From Chloroflexota bacterium (GTDB lineage Bacteria > Chloroflexota > Dehalococcoidia > JAUQQI01), in assembly GCA_040289115.1 (NCBI GenBank), contig PSKS01000006.1:11781-75780 (forward strand): a stretch of DNA of 64,000 nucleotides. The letters run 5' to 3'. The notes below the pieces were generated by a model. It saw only the letters and a program-made list of their open reading frames with translations, was not told where the DNA came from and searched no databases. How positions within the stretch are numbered: position 1 is the first letter of the stretch; every line of letters starts with the position of its first letter. Positions 45,052 to 54,070 of the stretch are shown one piece after another. The translations under genes were made by a program, and so were the position numbers.

Positions 45052-46401
45052 ATGACGACCCTCCGAATTTACACCGCCGAAGAAGCCAGGCAGACCGTCC
45101 TGCGGCGCCGGCCCCCGGCCGATGAGGCCCCACCCCCCGCCGTGGCCGGCCGTATCCGGGAAGTGTTTGGCCAAGATTTGGGGCCGGCTGAGGTCGTTCG
45201 GCGCATCGTTGATGCCGTCCGACGGGAAGGCGACGCCGCCATTCGGCGGTTTACCGAGCTTCTCGACGGCTACCGGCCGGAAGCCCTGGAAGTTTCGGCC
45301 GCTGAGGTCCGGGCTGCCGCCGAGGGCCTCGAGCCCCAGCTAGTCGAAGGCCTTAAGCTTGCGGCCGAAAGGGTCCGGGCGTTCCACCAGCGCCAGGTCC
45401 GCACCGGCTGGGTCGACTTCGCCGCCGGCCTCGGGCAGCTCATCCGGCCCCTCGACCGGGTTGGGGTCTATGTACCCGGCGGCCAAGGCCGGTACCCCTC
45501 CACGGTTTTGATGACGGTTATTCCTGCCAAAGTGGCCGGCGTAAAAGAGGTCATCGTTTGCACCCCACCCGGGCCCGACGGCCGGGTGGCGCCGGTGGTG
45601 CTGGCGGCCTGCGCCTTGGCCGGCGCCGACCGGGTCTTCCGGGTCGGGGGCGCCCAGGCGATTGCGGCCATGGCCTTCGGGACCGAGTCGATCCCGGCCG
45701 TGGACAAAATCGTCGGACCTGGCGGCCTCTTCGTCACCCTGGCCAAGCAGGCCCTTTACGGTCAGGTGGGAATCGACCTGCTGGCCGGTCCCAGCGAGGC
45801 CCTGGCCATCGCCGACCGGTTCGCCGACCCGGAGGTGTGCGCCGCCGACCTGATCGCCCAGGCCGAGCACGACCCCCTGGCCACCTCGGTTTTGGTCACC
45901 GATTCGGCCGAGCTGGCCCGGGCGGTCCAGGCCGCCGTGGAGCGCCGGTTGGACCGGCTCCCCAACGCCGAGACGGCCCGGGCCAGCCTGGCGCGACGGG
46001 GGGGCATCATCCTAGTAGAAGACCTGGAGGCGGCTTTGGAGCTGGCCAATGAGTTCGGTCCAGAGCACCTGGAGCTGGCCGTCCGGGACCCGTGGTCCCT
46101 CTTGGGAAAGGTCCGCAACTGCGGCGCGGTCTTCCTGGGGGAAAGCGCCCCCCACGTGGCCGGGGACTACGTGGCCGGGCCCTCCCATGTCCTGCCCACC
46201 GGCGGGACGGCCCGCTGGGCCTCGGGCCTACGAACGGAGGACTTTTACAAGGTCATCAGCGTGGTGGCCATCGACCGGCTGACTCTGGCGGAGGTCGGGC
46301 CGGCGGCGGTGGCCATCGCCCGGGCCGAGGGCTTCGAGGCCCACGCCCAATCGGTGGAAATTCGGCTCAAGGAGGCACCTCATGAGGCAGCTTCGGGCTA
46401 A
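45052..46401 (+). CDS. hisD: histidinol dehydrogenase
   Basis: 449 aa with HisD motifs (GPGNLFVTLAK-like GPGGLFVTLAK, AGPSE, QAEHD). Confidence 0.9.
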   Translation: MTTLRIYTAEEARQTVLRRRPPADEAPPPAVAGRIREVFGQDLGPAEVVRRIVDAVRREGDAAIRRFTELLDGYRPEALEVSAAEVRAAAEGLEPQLVEGLKLAAERVRAFHQRQVRTGWVDFAAGLGQLIRPLDRVGVYVPGGQGRYPSTVLMTVIPAKVAGVKEVIVCTPPGPDGRVAPVVLAACALAGADRVFRVGGAQAIAAMAFGTESIPAVDKIVGPGGLFVTLAKQALYGQVGIDLLAGPSEALAIADRFADPEVCAADLIAQAEHDPLATSVLVTDSAELARAVQAAVERRLDRLPNAETARASLARRGGIILVEDLEAALELANEFGPEHLELAVRDPWSLLGKVRNCGAVFLGESAPHVAGDYVAGPSHVLPTGGTARWASGLRTEDFYKVISVVAIDRLTLAEVGPAAVAIARAEGFEAHAQSVEIRLKEAPHEAASG

Positions 46402-47518
46402 GCCCCGCCCAACTCCGGGACCGGGGGACGTCCTTCGGCTGGTGCGGCCTAACCTCCGGGACCGGAGGCCCTACATGGGACCGGGTTCGCCCGAGGCCTT
46501 GGCCCGGCAGTACGGGTTCGACCTCGACCGGTTGGTGAAGCTGGACGCCAACGAGAACCCGTACGGCCCTTCGCCCCGAGTTTTGGCGGCCCTTTCCCGC
46601 CCCCTCCCCTACCACCGGTATCCCGAGCCCGACAGCGAAACCCTGCGCCGAGCCCTGGCCGAATACGTGGGGGCCTCCCCCGACCAGGTCGTCGTCGGGG
46701 CCGGAAGCGACGAAATAATCCTGCTGGCCCTCCAAGCCTTCCTCGGCCCGGGGACGGCCCTCATCGAGCTCGCCCCCACCTTTGTGATGTACCGGCTGAC
46801 TGCCGAGGCGGTAGGGGCCCGGGTCATCACCATCCCGCGCGAATCTGGAGACTACCAGGTGGACCCTGAAAAGGTTATCGCGGCCCTGGGCCCCCGGGTA
46901 AAGGCTGTCGTCTTCTGCTCGCCCAACAACCCCACTGGCAACCTCGAGTCCGAGCGGACCGTCCGGCAGGTCCTGGAGACGGGCGTCTTCGTCCTGATGG
47001 ACGAAGCCTATTACGAGTATTCGGGCCACACCTTCGTCCCCCTCATCTCCCGCTACCCTAACCTCGGGGTGCTGCGCACCTTCAGCAAGTGGGCCGGGCT
47101 AGCCGGCCTACGGGTCGGCTACGGCGTGTTCAGCCCCGAGGTTGCCCGGGTTATTGCCGGCATAAAGCCGCCCTTCAACGTGAGTTTGGCCGGGCAAGTG
47201 GCTGCCCTGGAATCCTTGGCCGACCGGGAGTATCTGATGGGTACCGTCCGGAAGACCATTGCCGAGCGGGAGCGGCTCTTCCGGGAGCTGAGCCGTTTCG
47301 ACTTCCTGCGGGTGCTGCCGTCGGCGGCCAACTTTGTATACGCCGAGGTCCGCCGGGGCTCGGCCCGCCAGCTGACGGAGGCCCTGGCCCGGGAAGGGAT
47401 CCTAGTCCGGCAGTTTGACGTCCCCCCACCCCGAGGCGGCATCCGGGTGAGCGTGGGCCTTCCGGAAGAAAACGACCGCCTCCTGGAGGCCCTGGGCCGA
47501 ATCCGGCTGGAGGATTGA
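46382..47518 (+). CDS. hisC: histidinol-phosphate aminotransferase
   Basis: Class-II aminotransferase with KLDANENPYGPSP N-terminus and FSKWAGLAGLRVGY PLP-Lys region. Confidence 0.85.
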   Translation: MRQLRAKPRPTPGPGDVLRLVRPNLRDRRPYMGPGSPEALARQYGFDLDRLVKLDANENPYGPSPRVLAALSRPLPYHRYPEPDSETLRRALAEYVGASPDQVVVGAGSDEIILLALQAFLGPGTALIELAPTFVMYRLTAEAVGARVITIPRESGDYQVDPEKVIAALGPRVKAVVFCSPNNPTGNLESERTVRQVLETGVFVLMDEAYYEYSGHTFVPLISRYPNLGVLRTFSKWAGLAGLRVGYGVFSPEVARVIAGIKPPFNVSLAGQVAALESLADREYLMGTVRKTIAERERLFRELSRFDFLRVLPSAANFVYAEVRRGSARQLTEALAREGILVRQFDVPPPRGGIRVSVGLPEENDRLLEALGRIRLED

Positions 47519-47521
47519 AGG

Positions 47522-48127
47522 TTGAACCTTCAACCCCGGCAGGCAACGGCCCAACGGGAGACCCGGGAGACCCGGGTAGCCATCCGGCTGGTTATCGACG
47601 GCCGGGGAGAGGCCCAGGTGAGTACCGGCATCGGGATGCTGGACCACCTGCTTTCGGCCTGGGCCCGCCACGGCCTTTTCGACTTGAAAGTTCAGGCCGA
47701 AGGGGACCTGGAGGTAGATCCTCACCACACGGCCGAGGACGTGGCGCTGGTGCTCGGCCGGGCCTTCCGGAAGGCCCTGGGAGACGGGGCCGGCATCCGT
47801 CGCATCGCCGAGGCCTATGCCCCGATGGACGAGGCCCTGGCCCTAGCCGTGGTGGACATTTCGGGCCGCCCCTACTGGGACCTGCGCCTCAAGTTCGATG
47901 GTCCGGCGGTGGGGGGAATCCCGGTGGGCCTCATCGGCCACTTCTGGCGGAGCTTCGCCGCCGAGGCCCGGGTCACCCTCCACTGCCGGCTGCTGGCGGG
48001 GACCGACGACCACCACCGGGCCGAGGCGGTTTTCAAGGCCGTCGGCCGGGCCCTGAGCCGGGCGGCCGAAATGGAGCCGCGGCGGGCCGGGGAGGTTCCC
48101 TCCACTAAGGGCCTCCTGGACCTATAA
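47522..48127 (+). CDS. hisB: imidazoleglycerol-phosphate dehydratase
   Basis: RETRETRV N-terminus, then GIGMLDHLL..., DPHHTAEDVALVLG, HHRAEAVFKA IGPD motifs. Confidence 0.9.
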   Translation: MNLQPRQATAQRETRETRVAIRLVIDGRGEAQVSTGIGMLDHLLSAWARHGLFDLKVQAEGDLEVDPHHTAEDVALVLGRAFRKALGDGAGIRRIAEAYAPMDEALALAVVDISGRPYWDLRLKFDGPAVGGIPVGLIGHFWRSFAAEARVTLHCRLLAGTDDHHRAEAVFKAVGRALSRAAEMEPRRAGEVPSTKGLLDL

Positions 48128-48130
48128 AAA

Positions 48131-48156
48131 AGGCCCCGAGGAAACCTCGGGGCCCA
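48131..48156 (-). terminator. intrinsic terminator for the minus-strand tRNA pair (hairpin also abuts hisB stop)
   Basis: ggccccgagg-aaac-cctcggggcc 10-bp stem. On the minus strand it is followed by TTTTTT (plus-strand aaaaaa at 48125-48130). Confidence 0.6.
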
Positions 48157-48163
48157 ATGCGGG

Positions 48164-48238
48164 TCGGGGCGGGCGGATTTGAACCGCCGACCTCTAGCCC
48201 CCCATGCTAGTGCGCTAACCAGGCTGCGCTACGCCCCG
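48164..48238 (-). tRNA. tRNA-Pro (anticodon GGG)
   Basis: Reverse complement folds as CGGGGCG-UA-GCGC-...-GCGC-A-CUAGC-AUGGGGG-GCUAG-AGGUC-GGCGG-UUCAAAU-CCGCC-CGCCCCG-A. G37 follows the anticodon. CCA not encoded. Confidence 0.8.
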
Positions 48239-48239
48239 G

Positions 48240-48311
48240 TGGGCTCAGAGGGATTCGAACCCCCAACCAACCGGTTATGAGCCGGCCGCTCTACCGTTGA
48301 GCTATGAGCCC
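48240..48311 (-). tRNA. tRNA-Met, elongator type (anticodon CAU; tRNA-Ile2-lysidine not excluded)
   Basis: GGGCUCA-UA-GCUC-AACGGUA-GAGC-G-GCCGG-CUCAUAA-CCGGU-UGGUU-GGGGG-UUCGAAU-CCCUC-UGAGCCC-A. G1-C72 paired and no GGG/CCC anticodon stem, so not initiator. Separated from tRNA-Pro by a single nt. Confidence 0.8.
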
Positions 48312-48324
48312 GAGCCATTTTTAA

Positions 48325-49638
48325 TTATAACGCGTCTTTCAACCCCGATCCGTCCCCGGTCAGGACCGGCACCGTAAGTAACGCGTGGGGAACCAGCAGG
48401 GCCGAGACCCGCCGGCCCAGCTCCGCCTCCACTAACCCGAAGGCCTCGGCCATGGTGGCGGCCGGAATCATCTTGGCCTGCCGGACAACCTCGGGATGCT
48501 CCGAGCCGACGACGATAACCCGACAGTGCGCTAAGACCTTGGCCATAACGAAGGCCCGCTGCTCCCCGGCCTGGTAGCCCCGGGCCCGGGCGTCCTCGAT
48601 AACCGCCCGCACGTCGGGGGCTTCCCGCATGGCTCGGAAGAAGCGCTCCTCCCCCGGGCCCCGACCCGGCCCTTCATCCAGCCGGGCGGGGACGATTATA
48701 AACCCGCCGGGCCGCACCACCGGCGCCGGCCCGAAGACCAAATAGCTGGCCGCCCGGGAGGCCTGATAAAGGTTGGTGTCCTTGGGGTATCCAACCCCGG
48801 CCACGGCCACATCATAGACCCGGCCCACCGCCACGGTGAAGACCCGACGGGCCTCATCCACCAGCCGGCGAAAGGCGGACTTGGGCTCTCCGGCCGCTAC
48901 CGCCACCGGCCGCCCGTCCCGACCGGAGACCACGTTCACGATAAACCGGAGACCCGCCCGCTCGGCGGCCTCGACAACGGCCTGGTGGAAGGGATTGCCC
49001 TCAATCTTGCCCAGCCGAACGCCCGGGTGCTCCACGTAGGCCGGGCCGTGGGTTACAGTGATGGTGGGTTCGCCCCCAGCCCCGATGGCCAGGGTCTTGG
49101 GCCCGCCCGAAAACCCCGCGTACTGATGGGGCTCCACCAGGCCGGTGGCGATGACCAGGTCCGCCTCGTAGGCATGGCGATTAACGATGGCCGGAACCCC
49201 GTTGCCGGTCCGGCCCAGGTCGACCAGCTCGGCCGGATTCTGGGCCTCATGCTGGACTACCCGAAACCGCCCCACGGCCTCCGGGCCCAGCTTTTCGGCC
49301 AGCTCGGCCCGAGTCATCGGCCGGTGGAGGCCCAGGGCAACCAGCAGGGTTATCTCTTCGTCCCGGATACCCGCCGCCCGCAACTGCCCAACAATTCCCG
49401 GCAAAAGCTCCCGGTCCGGGCAGGCCCGGGTGAGGTCGGTCACCACGACGCAGACCCGCCGGGCGCCCTGGGCGAGCTCGGCGAGGGGCGGGGAGTTTTC
49501 GGGGGCCTGCAGGGCCCCAGCCACCGCCGCCCCCAAGTCGGGGATGGGGGCCACCGCCTCGGGCTCGGCCACATCTACCTCCCAGCCGGGCGGAAACTCG
49601 AAGGTGAGCTCGCCTTTGCCAAAAGGAACCCGAAACAT
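48325..49638 (-). CDS. larA: LarA-family protein (nickel-pincer-cofactor lactate racemase-like, DUF2088)
   Basis: 437 aa with LarA-like N-domain sequence. Family call from remembered resemblance. Confidence 0.6.
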   Translation of the reverse strand: MFRVPFGKGELTFEFPPGWEVDVAEPEAVAPIPDLGAAVAGALQAPENSPPLAELAQGARRVCVVVTDLTRACPDRELLPGIVGQLRAAGIRDEEITLLVALGLHRPMTRAELAEKLGPEAVGRFRVVQHEAQNPAELVDLGRTGNGVPAIVNRHAYEADLVIATGLVEPHQYAGFSGGPKTLAIGAGGEPTITVTHGPAYVEHPGVRLGKIEGNPFHQAVVEAAERAGLRFIVNVVSGRDGRPVAVAAGEPKSAFRRLVDEARRVFTVAVGRVYDVAVAGVGYPKDTNLYQASRAASYLVFGPAPVVRPGGFIIVPARLDEGPGRGPGEERFFRAMREAPDVRAVIEDARARGYQAGEQRAFVMAKVLAHCRVIVVGSEHPEVVRQAKMIPAATMAEAFGLVEAELGRRVSALLVPHALLTVPVLTGDGSGLKDAL

Positions 49639-49644
49639 CCGATG

Positions 49645-50655
49645 TTAGGTTAACAAGGCCCGGGCGAGGTCCGCAATCTCGCCCTGGGCGAAGAAGCCGT
49701 CCTGAATCAGAACCGCCCCGTCCAACTCCACGGTGGGGGCCAGGATGATGCCGTCGGCGTGGGATGGGGCCCCCATCCGGGCCGAGCCGATGCCGACCTC
49801 GATGCAACCGAAGATCCGCTCGTCCTCAATGATCCGGCCGGTGGGCCGCATCATCCGGGGATTAAACCCGAAGGTCAGGTGGGAGATCCGGTACATGGCC
49901 GGGTGGCCGAAGCTATCAAGCCAGCGGGCAAATATGCGGGCCTCCCGACCACCCCGAATACCGACGATGGTGGACTCGGAAACGACGAGCTCCACCGGCT
50001 CCCGCACGACGCCCACCTCGGCCGGGGGCCAGAGGGTGGCGTCGATGACGATGCGGCCTTCGACCGAACCCTCCGCCACCCGCCACGAGGCCTGGCCGGG
50101 GAGGACCAGGGACCGCCCCCGCAGGTTGGCCGGGGGTGTCCAGCGGTCGTTGCTGGTCTTTACCCGAAAGTCGGTGCCGGCTCGGGAGGTTACCCGGCCG
50201 GTGCTGGATGCCCGGAGCAGCTCCCGCAACTTGCCCCCAAACTCGTGGAGTCTAAGGATATCTACCTCACCCACGAGCCGGACAAGACCCTCGAGACTGA
50301 GGCCACCGACCAGCAGGTAGCGACCGCCGGCGCAAACCGCGTCCTGGTGGGTCGGGCTGTAAATCGAGAAGTTGACGGCCAGGTCGAGCCAAACCTCGGC
50401 GGCCCGGGCCGCCCGCCCGATCACCCCGGGCGGGTCCTGGCAGGGGTGGGGCCGCATCGGATAGTAAACGACGACCGGACTGGCACCGAGGGCATAGCAC
50501 TGGCCGGCGATAACCTCGACCAGTTGCCGCTCGGTTCCCGTATCGGCCGTTATTAAAACTTCTAAACCGGGCCGGACCCCAACGACCTCTTCCAGGAGCC
50601 GCCGGGCTGCCAGTGAAGCCTCGATGCTCGGGTCACCCATACGGCCGGCCCCCAA
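49645..50655 (-). CDS. hypothetical protein, possibly peptidase-M29/aminopeptidase-like fold
   Basis: 336 aa, 6 nt downstream of larA start. Weak resemblance only. Confidence 0.3.
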   Translation of the reverse strand: MGAGRMGDPSIEASLAARRLLEEVVGVRPGLEVLITADTGTERQLVEVIAGQCYALGASPVVVYYPMRPHPCQDPPGVIGRAARAAEVWLDLAVNFSIYSPTHQDAVCAGGRYLLVGGLSLEGLVRLVGEVDILRLHEFGGKLRELLRASSTGRVTSRAGTDFRVKTSNDRWTPPANLRGRSLVLPGQASWRVAEGSVEGRIVIDATLWPPAEVGVVREPVELVVSESTIVGIRGGREARIFARWLDSFGHPAMYRISHLTFGFNPRMMRPTGRIIEDERIFGCIEVGIGSARMGAPSHADGIILAPTVELDGAVLIQDGFFAQGEIADLARALLT

Positions 50656-50665
50656 GCGACCCTAT

Positions 50666-51529
50666 TTACTCGGCTTCGCCCGCAGTAAGCCAGGCAAGCA
50701 CATCCTCCTGGGCCGCCGTCCCCTCGCCACCACCCTGGTAGCCGAGCTCGGCCGAGACCTCCCGGGCCGCCTGGACCAGGGCCGCCTGGCAGCGGGTGAG
50801 CTTCTCACCCGTCATCCGGCTGGCGGGCCCGGCTACCGTCATGGCAGCCACCACATGGCCGCTGGAGTCCCGAACGGGCACCGCCAGGCAACGAACCCCC
50901 GGCACGAACTCTTCGTCGTTGACAGCAAGGCCGGTGGCCCGAATGCGGGCAAGCTCGGCCCGGAGTCGCTCGGGCGACGTCACGGTATGTTCGGTATAGC
51001 GCTCAAGGGGGTGGCTCTGCAAGAACGCGTCGATTTCGGCGTCGGACCAGCTGGCCAGGATCACCTTGCCCACGGCGGTGGCGTGGAGCGGCAGGGGCGT
51101 CCCCACCCGCAGGTGGACCCGCAGGAAGTTGTGGGGTTCCTCGGCCAGGGTGAAAACCACGCTGTCATCCCGGCCGACGGCAATGCCGGCCGACTCATTC
51201 AGCTCATCGGCGAGGCGGCGCAATACCGGCCGGGCCTTGGCCTCCAGAAGCCGCCGACCAGACCAGCGGTCGGCAATAAGGACGAAGGTGGGACCGATGG
51301 CATACTTGCCGGACTGCCGGTCCTGACTGAGGAAACCCTCGGACTGAAGGGTGTAAGCGATGCGGTAAACGGTGCTAGGGGAAAGGTTGAGCAAACGGGC
51401 CAGCTCGCTGATGCCGGCCGGTGCACCTAGCTCTCCCAGGGCCTTTAAAAGCTCCAGGGTGCGCAGGACCGACCGGATGGGCCGAACCGTTTGGGCCTTC
51501 TTTCCCTTCGGCAAGCGACCACGTGGCAT
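50666..51529 (-). CDS. IclR-family transcriptional regulator
   Basis: N-terminal wHTH (IRSVLRTLELLKALGELGAPAGISELARLLNLSPSTVYRIAYTL) plus IclR effector domain. Confidence 0.8.
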   Translation of the reverse strand: MPRGRLPKGKKAQTVRPIRSVLRTLELLKALGELGAPAGISELARLLNLSPSTVYRIAYTLQSEGFLSQDRQSGKYAIGPTFVLIADRWSGRRLLEAKARPVLRRLADELNESAGIAVGRDDSVVFTLAEEPHNFLRVHLRVGTPLPLHATAVGKVILASWSDAEIDAFLQSHPLERYTEHTVTSPERLRAELARIRATGLAVNDEEFVPGVRCLAVPVRDSSGHVVAAMTVAGPASRMTGEKLTRCQAALVQAAREVSAELGYQGGGEGTAAQEDVLAWLTAGEAE

Positions 51530-51816
51530 CGGGCACTACCTCCAGACTTCGGATTTTGAAAACCCTGTTTGTAAACCCTTGCTCTAAGTATAGGCCTATC
51601 CGGTTCGACAAGTCAAATTATCCGGGGCTGGTCAAAATATACAGAACAAAACTTTTCATACAATGCTAATATGGCGATTATGAACTGCAAATCGCTATTC
51701 ACTTCTGTGAACCAAAGCTCCGATGGAGCACTGCCGCGGGCCTATCCCTGGGGGTAGGGGAACGGGCGCCTTGACGGCGGGCCAAGGTCTACTGATACTG
51801 TTAGCGAGGCAGTGCC

Positions 51817-52275
51817 ATGGCCAGGTTTGATGGGGGCAAGTTAAAGGGGTTGGGCCTGCTTTTGGTCCTTGGCCTGCTTCCCGCCTGCGCGGCCCTGGTT
51901 GGCACCCAGCCGTTGGCCCCGGACCTTCGGCGGGGCCAGGAGCTTTACAACCGCTACTGCCTCGGCTGTCACGGTGGGCCCACCGGCGGGTCGATGCTGG
52001 ATTACCCGCCCCGCCACAACGCCAGCGGCCACACCTGGCACCATCCCGACTGTCAACTCAAGGAGATCATTAAAAACGGCGGCGACGAGATGACGGCCAT
52101 GATGCGTCGGATGATGGCCCCCGCGGACGCCCCCAAGATGCCTGCTTTCAAGGACACCCTTTCAGATGCCGACATTGAGGCCCTCCTAGCCTTTATAAAG
52201 AGCTGGTGGACCGAGGACCAGCGCCGCCACCAGGCCCAGGTCACCCGGGCCCAGTGTCCCCAGCAGGGCGGATGA
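51817..52275 (+). CDS. c-type cytochrome lipoprotein (single CxxCH)
   Basis: Lipobox-like LLPACAAL, haem motif CLGCHG, Met-rich C-terminal half. Confidence 0.7.
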   Translation: MARFDGGKLKGLGLLLVLGLLPACAALVGTQPLAPDLRRGQELYNRYCLGCHGGPTGGSMLDYPPRHNASGHTWHHPDCQLKEIIKNGGDEMTAMMRRMMAPADAPKMPAFKDTLSDADIEALLAFIKSWWTEDQRRHQAQVTRAQCPQQGG

Positions 52276-52529
52276 AAGCCGTAAAAAACTGCGCTTCCGA
52301 CCGGCTCTATGCTTTCGTGGTCGGCCACGGCCTCTTTGTAAACGCCGACGATGGTAAAGGCTGGAGGCTGGTGAGCACGGTCCTGCCTCAGGATGTGATG
52401 GCGCCGGCTCCCCTTCCCAAGCTGGGATGCTTTGGCGGTTGCGGTCCACCTGGCCGACCCCAAACTCACCTTGGCCGTTCCAGCCGGCCAGCCGGGCCGG
52501 CCATGCCGAAGCCGGGAGTGCAGCCTTAG
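52272..52529 (+). CDS. possible small protein (85 aa) translationally coupled to the cytochrome gene
   Basis: ATG overlaps the cytochrome stop as ATGA. The N-terminal 40 aa look protein-like (MKAVKNCASDRLYAFVVGHGLFVNADDGKGWRLVS); the rest is Pro/Gly-rich. Confidence 0.25.
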   Translation: MKAVKNCASDRLYAFVVGHGLFVNADDGKGWRLVSTVLPQDVMAPAPLPKLGCFGGCGPPGRPQTHLGRSSRPAGPAMPKPGVQP

Positions 52530-52915
52530 CTGGGAAGGCTGAGCCCGGTGGGAGGCCGGGGTATTTAGGCCTTCTTGGGCGACCTGGGGGCCGAGATAAT
52601 GGGGCTCGTGTAGGCCTTGCCAGCCGGCTTGGCCGTTAGCGTCCGGCAAATCTTCGAGGCCCCCGACGGCCGCCGGCGGCTGACCCGCAAGGGTCAGCCC
52701 GTTGTCGAGAAGACCGGGCCGGCTTATCTTTTACCGGCCTGGCCTCAGCCCTCAAGCGGCTGCTGGTAACCTTTGTGGGGGCAACCTGGCGTCAACCCGA
52801 AAAATTCAGTCACCTGGCCGTTCAGAACCGTTTGGTGGAACTGCTCGCGCAACCGGGGCACCGTGCTGAAGGAAGCCAAAAACTACCGAGCCCACCTTCC
52901 GGTTGACAAAATTAC

Positions 52916-53212
52916 GGTGTGCTAAGCTCTAGGCCTCCGGTCCCGATAGTCTGGGGATTACTGCCCGTCATCCCAGGTGCCTGATTCCAACCCTCGGGGG
53001 CCGAGGATGCCCCCGAGCGGGCTTAACCTGGTTTCTGTTGGCCGGAAGGTCACAGCTTCCGGCAGAACTGACGCTCGGCTGGTTTCCCCACGAAGGACCG
53101 CCGCAGCAGCGGCCAAATGGAGGCGCTGGCCCGTGGCGTCGAGGAGAATTCCGTCCCGTGCCCCTGTACTCTCCCACTGGTCTGGCCCCGGGCAGAGTGC
53201 TGCCCGAACTTT
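52916..53212 (+). ncRNA. candidate small RNA or structured non-coding region
   Basis: TTGACA-15 nt-TGcTAAGCT (extended -10-like) at 52904-52933. Stable hairpins at about 52993-53018 and 53041-53064. Terminator-like cgggcag-agtg-ctgcccg + aacttttgg at about 53185-53212. No credible ORF. Confidence 0.2.
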
Positions 53213-53276
53213 TGGCCTTAAAAGGACAGGCGAACCCAAATTGGAAGGCCATACCGGTCCGCACGGGTTGTTCAGG

Positions 53277-53306
53277 TTGACACGCAGGCCGGGCAGCTGA
53301 TAAATT
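53277..53306 (+). promoter_or_regulatory. sigma70-like promoter (TTGACA-18 nt-TAAATT) for the ABC transporter operon
   Basis: -35 at 53277-53282, -10 at 53301-53306. First gene starts at TTG 53342 with GGAAAGG SD. Confidence 0.45.
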
Positions 53307-53341
53307 CAGGCTGAAATTTACACCATCCCGGAAAGGCCCTT

Positions 53342-54070
53342 TTGGCCCGGCTAACCCTCCAGCAGGTCACCAAGCGGTTCGGGGGACTCGTTGCGGTCGA
53401 CGGCTTCTCGGCCGAATTCGACCCCGGTGAGCTCTGCGCCATCATCGGGCCCAACGGCTCGGGCAAAACCACGCTCCTCAACCTGATAAGCGGCCTTTAC
53501 CCCCTCGATTCGGGCGAAATCTACCTGGACGGAGAACGCATCGACACCCTGGGCCCGACCCAGGTCGCCGCTCGGGGGGTGGTGCGCACCTTCCAGATTC
53601 CGAAGGTCTTTAAAAACATGACCGTCCGGGAAAACCTGCTTACCGTGGCGGCCGCCGACCACCGCAAGGAATCCCTGGCCGAGGCTGCCGCCGACGTGGG
53701 CCGGACCCTTGGTCTGGTCGGTCTGGAGCATCTGGCTGCCGATCCTGCCCGGGTGCTCTCGGGGGGGCAGACCATGCTCCTGCAACTTGCCCAGGCCTTC
53801 CTGCATCGTCCAATCAAACTGCTCCTCCTTGACGAGCCCTTTGCCGGGGTCTCCCCGGCCATTAAAGACATTATCTTCGGCCTCATAAACCGCCTTAGCC
53901 GCGACTATGGGGCCACCGTCCTCCTCGTAAGCCACGAGATGTCCACCGTCCGGGCCCTGGCGGGCCGGGTCCTGGTCATGGCCTCCGGACGCCTCATCGC
54001 CAACGGCCCATTGGATGCCGTGGCGGCCAACCCGGCCGTCATAGACGCCTATCTGGGGCAGCCCCTGTGA
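53342..54070 (+). CDS. ABC transporter ATP-binding protein (LivG-like)
   Basis: Walker A GPNGSGKTTLLN, signature LSGGQ, Walker B LLLDEP. Confidence 0.8.
   Translation: MARLTLQQVTKRFGGLVAVDGFSAEFDPGELCAIIGPNGSGKTTLLNLISGLYPLDSGEIYLDGERIDTLGPTQVAARGVVRTFQIPKVFKNMTVRENLLTVAAADHRKESLAEAAADVGRTLGLVGLEHLAADPARVLSGGQTMLLQLAQAFLHRPIKLLLLDEPFAGVSPAIKDIIFGLINRLSRDYGATVLLVSHEMSTVRALAGRVLVMASGRLIANGPLDAVAANPAVIDAYLGQPL

Noticed and set aside
48337-48342. TTGAAA -35-like hexamer near the TATAAT upstream of tRNA-Met
   Set aside because: Spacing to the -10 is only 7 nt, so it cannot be a functional -35.
52530-53341. RNase P RNA, SRP RNA, tmRNA, cobalamin or T-box element in the long non-coding stretch
   Set aside because: I looked for GGAAAGUCCGG and ACAGAACCCGGCUUA (RNase P), GGAAGCAGC (SRP domain IV), a tRNA-like TTCGA acceptor end (tmRNA), the GCCACTG B12 box and the T-box consensus. 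None is present.
52958-53481. ORFs 52958..53239(-), 52968..53264(-), 52977..53300(+), 53038..53280(+) and 53272..53481(-) in the long gap
   Set aside because: Mutually overlapping, Arg/Pro-rich, no start context. They overlap the promoter of the ABC operon.
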